From Candidatus Latescibacterota bacterium (GTDB lineage Bacteria > Latescibacterota > UBA2968), in assembly GCA_965198115.1 (NCBI GenBank), contig OZ240241.1:6528001-6592000 (forward strand): 64,000 bases of DNA, given 5' to 3'. The position numbers and the translations under genes were made by a program. Numbering within the stretch: position 1 is the stretch's first letter; every line of letters begins with the position of its first letter. Shown piece after piece: positions 58,499 through 64,000 of this stretch. Below the pieces are notes generated by a model. The model did no database searches and had not been told where the DNA came from. It saw only the letters and a program-made list of their open reading frames with translations.

Positions 58499-59701
58499 CT
58501 ACGAGCGATTCCTTATCCCGAGCTGGTTGGCCAGTTCGAGTCGGTCGCGTGTCCTCGCGTTCGCCCAGCGTTCCTTGCTGCGCTTCATCTCCGCGGTGAG
58601 CATTGGCTTCTTCTGTGACGTCCTGGCGCCGCGCGGTTGATGCCAGTCGGCGACGGTGATGTCACGACCGCGCTCGACGTGTTGACGCTTTTTGACGGGC
58701 AGTATTCCGAAACGCTTGTGTGGCTCCGTCTGATACCAATAGGCAACCGAGGCCGTGTCGTTGGCGAGGTGGTTGCCGTGGCCGTGTTCAATCGTAACGT
58801 GGATCTCCTTCTGGAACCTCACGGGGTTCGTGAGATGATAGACGTAGGAGGTCTGATAGCCGCCCGTGTTCCCCTCGAAAATCGAGCTGCCGTTGTGGTG
58901 GAAGGCGTTGTCCTGCATGCCCCACGCCTGGTTCAAATAATCTTCGCTTCCCGTTCCGTGGAGCTCGGGGGGCCATTTGTATCCGTCGACCCAGATCATG
59001 TCGTCGCCCTCGCCCCACCAGGTTTCCTGGAAGTTGGTTACAGACAGGTTGCATCCGATGTAGTGGCCAGCGCCCTTCGCGTCGAGAATCAGGTAGTTGC
59101 CCTCCCAGGCATCGCGTCCCTTGTTGACGATGTTCGCCTCGGCCGTGTTGACGCGGATCTCGTGACCCCAGCCATCGCAGGGATTCTCCCTCAGGAACTG
59201 AGCGTGAAAGTAGAGCGTGTTGTCCGGTAACGGGTCGTCGTAGAGCTCGTAGTCGACGTAGAAGTACTGACGATAGGGGTCGTCGCCTTCATTGACGATT
59301 TCGATGCGAGCCGCCTGACGGAACGGCATCTGAACGTAGCAGTTGAGCGCGGCGTTCGCGCAGAAGGTGTTTTCCCGGTTGGGTTGGACGGAGGCGGAGA
59401 AAAGTGCGGACTGGTAGGATGTCGCGATGTTGTGGCCAAGACCGAAAAAATCGCCGAGCGGCGCGACCACGCTGGGATGCTTTTCGCCGTCCCAAAACAT
59501 TCTGAGCAAGACATCTCTGAACGAGCGGTCCCCGCTTTGGGTCATCCAGATGTGCGTGATGCATCCCGTTCCTTCAATGTCGGCGAGAACCCGTGTTTCC
59601 CCCGCATTGATCGTCCAGGCGTCGTTGTTTCGGCCCGTCTTGTCGTAGGAAGAGGCTCGGTAGGTGCGAGCAGCCTTTGCTTGAGTCAGATTGGACAGCA
59701 C
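58499..59701 (-). CDS. DUF2961 / GH172-like protein
   Basis: RASSYD.TG.N.D, ITHIWMT, PLGDFFG, WWGEGDD, GTGSEDY, IEHGH, VAYWYQ. Confidence 0.9.
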   Translation of the reverse strand: MLSNLTQAKAARTYRASSYDKTGRNNDAWTINAGETRVLADIEGTGCITHIWMTQSGDRSFRDVLLRMFWDGEKHPSVVAPLGDFFGLGHNIATSYQSALFSASVQPNRENTFCANAALNCYVQMPFRQAARIEIVNEGDDPYRQYFYVDYELYDDPLPDNTLYFHAQFLRENPCDGWGHEIRVNTAEANIVNKGRDAWEGNYLILDAKGAGHYIGCNLSVTNFQETWWGEGDDMIWVDGYKWPPELHGTGSEDYLNQAWGMQDNAFHHNGSSIFEGNTGGYQTSYVYHLTNPVRFQKEIHVTIEHGHGNHLANDTASVAYWYQTEPHKRFGILPVKKRQHVERGRDITVADWHQPRGARTSQKKPMLTAEMKRSKERWANARTRDRLELANQLGIRNRS

Positions 59702-59882
59702 GGGCAGAGTCTCCTATGACAAACAAGGTGAAGGAAGTCGAAAGGCAGGTGGAATATAGCGGGGAAACGCGGCGGAATGCAAAATGCAAAGCGCAGAACG
59801 AAACCGGCTAATGTTTATCGGAGATCGAGCGCGTGTGGAACGATCGCAGCAGGACGATGTGTCACCTGCGCGATCGTGGTGC

Positions 59883-61181
59883 TCAGTTGCCGAGGGCGCT
59901 TAGGAAGGAATCTGCGTTGTCCAGCTCGGCCTTCCCAGCATCGACGAGCACATCCATGCCGCGACTCTGGAGGGAGAAGCGATCCAGGGCTTCGCTGTCG
60001 TAGTCGGGAACCTGGTCGTCGCCACCCGAACCGAATTCGAGCTGACGACAGATGATGTCGGCGATATGAATGATACAGACCAGGCGCGCGTATCGTCGAC
60101 AGTCGCCGGGCGAGTGATGATGAAGAATCGTGTTGAGGTAGTGGTCGGAGAACTTCCATTCCTGTGCGAGTTGACCTCCCACTTCGGCGTGGGAGAGACC
60201 GAGAATCTTTTGCTCCGATTCGTATAGGCTCAGGCCTGCAGATTCGATGGTCTGGAAGACGGCCTGATAGTAGTCGCCGAAGTAACGGTCGAGGATGATT
60301 TTGCCCAAATCGTGGAGCATTCCGGCGAGGAAGGACGTTTCGACCTCGGTTTGTAACTTCTGGGCGCACGCCCGTGCGATGAAGGCCGTCCCGACTGAGT
60401 GACGCCAGAACTCCTTCAGGTCGAGACCTCCTCCGTCTTCGTAGTTCCCGAGCTTTTCGAAGACCTGGGCAGCCATGACCAGGTTGGCTACCTCCTCCAG
60501 CCCGAGAAGGGTCACGGCGAGGGCAATCGAATTGGTCGGTTTCTTGAAGCCGTAGTAGGAAGAGTTGACCAGCTTGAATACCGTGGCCAGAAGCCCAGGG
60601 TCGAGCTGGAGCTGTTGGGCAATGTCGTCGCTGGACGAATCGTCGCTTTTTGCGAGCTTGAGGATCTCGGCGTGGGTGGCCGGAAAAGAGGGCAGTCCTT
60701 CGATCGACTTGACCCGGGTGAGGAAATCTTCGCCCTCCTCATCGCTCGGGTCTTCCTGGATCGCCTCGTCGTCCGAATCGGCGGGCGTGCCGTTCTGCGG
60801 AGCGGGCGCCAGCTGCGCGAGCGCAGACTCGATTCGAGTACGAAGATCGCTGGGTTTGAAAGGTTTCGCGAGGTAGGAGGAAGCGCCTGCTTTGGCTGCC
60901 TGGATGATGGTGTCGGGGGACGGCTTGGCGGAGGTCAGGATGACGGGGACGTCGATGTATTTGGGGCTAATCCCGACGATTTCCGCCAGTCGGAGGCCCG
61001 AGCCCGGGATGTCCAGACCGGCCACGATGACGTTCGGCTCCTGCTCGGCCAACGTTTGAACGGCCGTGACTCCGTCGTGGGCAAGGACGGTGCCATATCT
61101 GCCGGTCAGCATTTTTGTGATGAGACCGGCAAGACGTTCTTTGTCGACGATCAGGACCTTATGGGGGAGAGTGTCTTCCAA
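59883..61181 (-). CDS. Receiver + HDOD domain signalling protein
   Basis: N-terminal REC fold (YLAKPF); LPSFP, DPGL..VNSSYYG, FWRHS, GMLHDLGK, HAEVG. Confidence 0.9.
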   Translation of the reverse strand: MEDTLPHKVLIVDKERLAGLITKMLTGRYGTVLAHDGVTAVQTLAEQEPNVIVAGLDIPGSGLRLAEIVGISPKYIDVPVILTSAKPSPDTIIQAAKAGASSYLAKPFKPSDLRTRIESALAQLAPAPQNGTPADSDDEAIQEDPSDEEGEDFLTRVKSIEGLPSFPATHAEILKLAKSDDSSSDDIAQQLQLDPGLLATVFKLVNSSYYGFKKPTNSIALAVTLLGLEEVANLVMAAQVFEKLGNYEDGGGLDLKEFWRHSVGTAFIARACAQKLQTEVETSFLAGMLHDLGKIILDRYFGDYYQAVFQTIESAGLSLYESEQKILGLSHAEVGGQLAQEWKFSDHYLNTILHHHSPGDCRRYARLVCIIHIADIICRQLEFGSGGDDQVPDYDSEALDRFSLQSRGMDVLVDAGKAELDNADSFLSALGN

Positions 61182-61307
61182 CAGGAACCTCGGCTGACCT
61201 CCGGTCAGTATGTGCCACTATCGAAAGATGGGGTAATTTGGGGGAAAAATTTGCGATTCGCAACGTATTTATAGCAGAAATTTGTGTCCTAACCGGCAAA
61301 GACCGTC

Positions 61308-62094
61308 TTAGGATGTGGGTTTTCGAGGGCCGAGTACCTGGAAGACTTTAGCGATCAACGAGGGGGCGTCGAAGGGTTTGGCGAGGAACCCCGGCCAGTC
61401 CGAGGGCCTGCCGGACGTTGTCTTTTGATGGGTCGCCAGTCAGGATGATGATGGGCACGGTGACGGTGTCGGGATCGGATCTGATTCTGCGACATATCCC
61501 GAACCCGTCCATGTTGGGCAGGTTGAGGTCGGTTACGATCACGTCGGGAGTCGCGTTCTTTACGTGCTGGATCGCTGACTCGCCGTCGTTGAAAGTCGTT
61601 ACGTGGATACCGCGGAGCGTCAGCGCTTTTTCGATCGCCAGGACAATGGAAGGATCGTCGTCGATGGCCACCGCTTCGGATTGCCGGCCGAGGTTCTGGG
61701 CGAACAGGAGGGCGCGAAGCATGGCTTCCAGACGAGAGCTCTCGATCGGTTTGATGAGATATCCGTCGGCCTTTCGGTCGAACAGGATGGACTCCCCCTC
61801 CTGGGGGACATACCCGGTCATGATGACGACCACCGGCGGCTTTTCCTTCTTCTTCAGCTCTGTAAGGACCTGCCAGCCATTCATTTCGGGCATCGCCAGA
61901 TCGATGAGCACGAGGTCGAATTGGTGCTTGTCGAACTGACGAATGGCCGAGGCCCCACTGGTCGTCATGGCGGCTCGGAAACCCTTGGTTGCGACGAGTT
62001 GGGCCACGGATTTGGCCACTTCGGGCTCGTCGTCCACGACGAGGACGCGGAAATCTTTGGGCTCGTGGAGCCGTTTTTTGGGTTCTTCGCTCAT
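61308..62094 (-). CDS. Response regulator with two receiver domains; frameshift near 61392
   Basis: VLVVDDE..LIDLAMP..YLIKP and AIDDD..VTDLNLP; the natural end GFLAKPFDAPSLIAKVFQVLG..* is in another frame ending at 61308. Confidence 0.85.
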
Positions 62095-62099
62095 GATAG

Positions 62100-64000
62100 T
62101 ACGAATACAGCTTCGATCGTCAGCACCAAAAGGTCGACCGAATCTATCGATTGATAAGTGAGGTCCGAAATGAGGATGGAAGCTCGTCGTTCAGTTCAGC
62201 TACGCGAGGACCCGTTGCACCCGCATTACAGGACAGGTTTCCCGGAATCGAGGAGACCGTCCGGTTCTGGCCTAAACGTGTTTGGGTTCAGGTCGGCGAG
62301 AAGGGATTCGATCTGATTGCCTGTCTGGCCGATTCAAACCTGCTACGTGTCTTTTCGATGCCACTTGAGATAGGCGACCCCACCGTCGCGCTCGCCGAAC
62401 CGAATGGCATCATCATTTCAAGAAGCATGGCAACAAAGTTCTTCGGCGACGCCAACCCCATCGGTAAGACGCTGGATCTTCAGGATAGTCGGTATTTCAC
62501 GGGTGAATACCGTGTCGCCGCCGTCATGGAAGACACCCCGACTACGGCCTCCTATCCCTTTCCGTTCGACTGCGTCTTCTCGACCCTGCCCAAGACCGTT
62601 ATGCCACGACGCTACTGGGAGAATTACGTTCCTTCAGAGCATATCCAATCTTATCTGCTCCTTCAGCCCGAGACCAGTATAGATCGCCTGTCCGCGAAGC
62701 TCGAAGACTTCGTACCCGATTTCCTGATTCCGGAAGCAGCGGCGGTCACACGGTATCGCCTGCAGCCACTCGACCGGGTCCATCTCCACTCCACATCCGA
62801 CTACCCGAACATCCTTACGGGGTCAATCAGAGGCGCACCCTACGGCAACGCCCGAACGGTCTACTTCCTTTCGACGGCAGCCTGTCTGATCCTTTTCGTC
62901 GCCGCCATCAACTTCGTCAATCTCACGACGGCCCGCGCGACCCGGAGGGCTAGAGAGGTGGGTGTTCGCAAAGCCGTTGGGGCGCCACGACGTCAATTGA
63001 TCCGTCAGTATCTGACAGAGTCCGTTTTCATGGCTTTGCTTTCCGGTACTCTGGCTGTCGGTCTGATCGAACTGGGCGTTCGCGTTCTGACCCGCTTCTT
63101 CGAATTGCCACCTGGGATGGCGGAGACCGGGAACGTTCCGCTCATGCTACTACCCACCTGCATCGTGGTCGGACTCGTTGCCGGCTGCTATCCGGCCTTC
63201 TACCTTTCCGCGTTCGATCCGGTACGTGTATTGAAGGGCTCGACACAGACCGGGGACACCCGGTCCAGAGCAAGGAGCGGGCTTGTCCTCGCTCAATTCG
63301 CGATCTCTATCCTTCTATTGATCGGGACCCTGACGGTCGCTCAACAGATGCACTTCATCTTCCACAAGGACCTCGGATTCGACAGAGATCACGTCGTCGT
63401 CACGGACATTTTCAGACGGGATCCCGATCGCACACTACTGCGGCGCTACGATGTGGTGAAGCAGGAAATGTTGAAGCACCCCGATGTGCTGGGAGCAACC
63501 GGCTACAAGCTTCGGTTGGGTCTGGGCGAACAAGGCAGCCTTGGCGATGTGCGCAGGATAAAGGATCTCGCTACCGGCGAATGGTATCAGATGGGAAGCA
63601 TTGTCATCGACGACCATTTCCTGCAGACGATGGGAACGCGATTGCTCGACGGGCGTAACCTCGACCGTCTCGAGGATGCGCTGTTCACGGGAGCTCCCGA
63701 TGAGCCGGGTGCCTACGACCTTGAAAACGAGAAGGTTGCCATCTTACTGAACGAATCCGCCGTTCGCCGATTCGGATTCGAGAATCCACTGGGCATGACC
63801 TTCGACATGGGATTCAGGAACACAGTAGCCTCCGTCGTCGGCATCGTGGAGGACTTTCACATGGGATCGCTCCACGAGGAGATTGGTCCCATGTTCCTGT
63901 TTAAATGGCCCCAGCAGTACAAGGGGCTCATGATCCGGATCCGCGGTCGAAGCATCGAACAGACGATGGCCTACCTGAACGCCACGTGGGACAGATTCGT
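62100..64000 (+). pseudogene. MacB/FtsX-type ABC permease missing its N-terminus; runs off the window
   Basis: Open frame starts after TAG (62097-62099) at YEYSFDRQHQKVDRIYR; LQPLDRVHL, INFVNLTTARATRRAREVGVRKAVGA; no start codon or first TM helix upstream. Confidence 0.8.

Noticed and set aside
1-64000. tRNA, rRNA or prophage genes
   Set aside because: No cloverleaf or T-loop pattern, rRNA-like stretch or phage gene was recognised in the intergenic regions or ORFs.

Overview
High-GC bacterial chromosomal segment. The gene content (paralogous MacB-type permeases, PhyH, Gfo/Idh/MocA, DUF1080, DUF2961) resembles uncultured Latescibacterota/FCB-group genomes, but this taxonomy is only a guess. 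From left to right: a sigma54 activator divergent from a secreted cysteine hydrolase; accessory genes, several broken; a TetR-peroxiredoxin unit with two matching operators; an ECF sigma gene split by a complete IS256-family element with a 9-bp target duplication; queD; an addB-addA-abrB-vapC-rtcB run with rtcB truncated; uppS-cdsA-dxr-(two inserted genes)-rseP; a dcw cluster lacking mraY and murD exactly where a perfect (CCGAACA)x13.9 tract sits; a catabolic cluster; and signalling genes. The most unusual signal is about 20 short degenerate 7-, 8- and 9-bp tandem repeats of several recurring families at gene junctions, mostly reading the same way on the + strand whatever the local gene direction. 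I saw no tRNA, rRNA or CRISPR array. All calls come from motif recognition by eye, with no database searches. Some lesions may be assembly errors.
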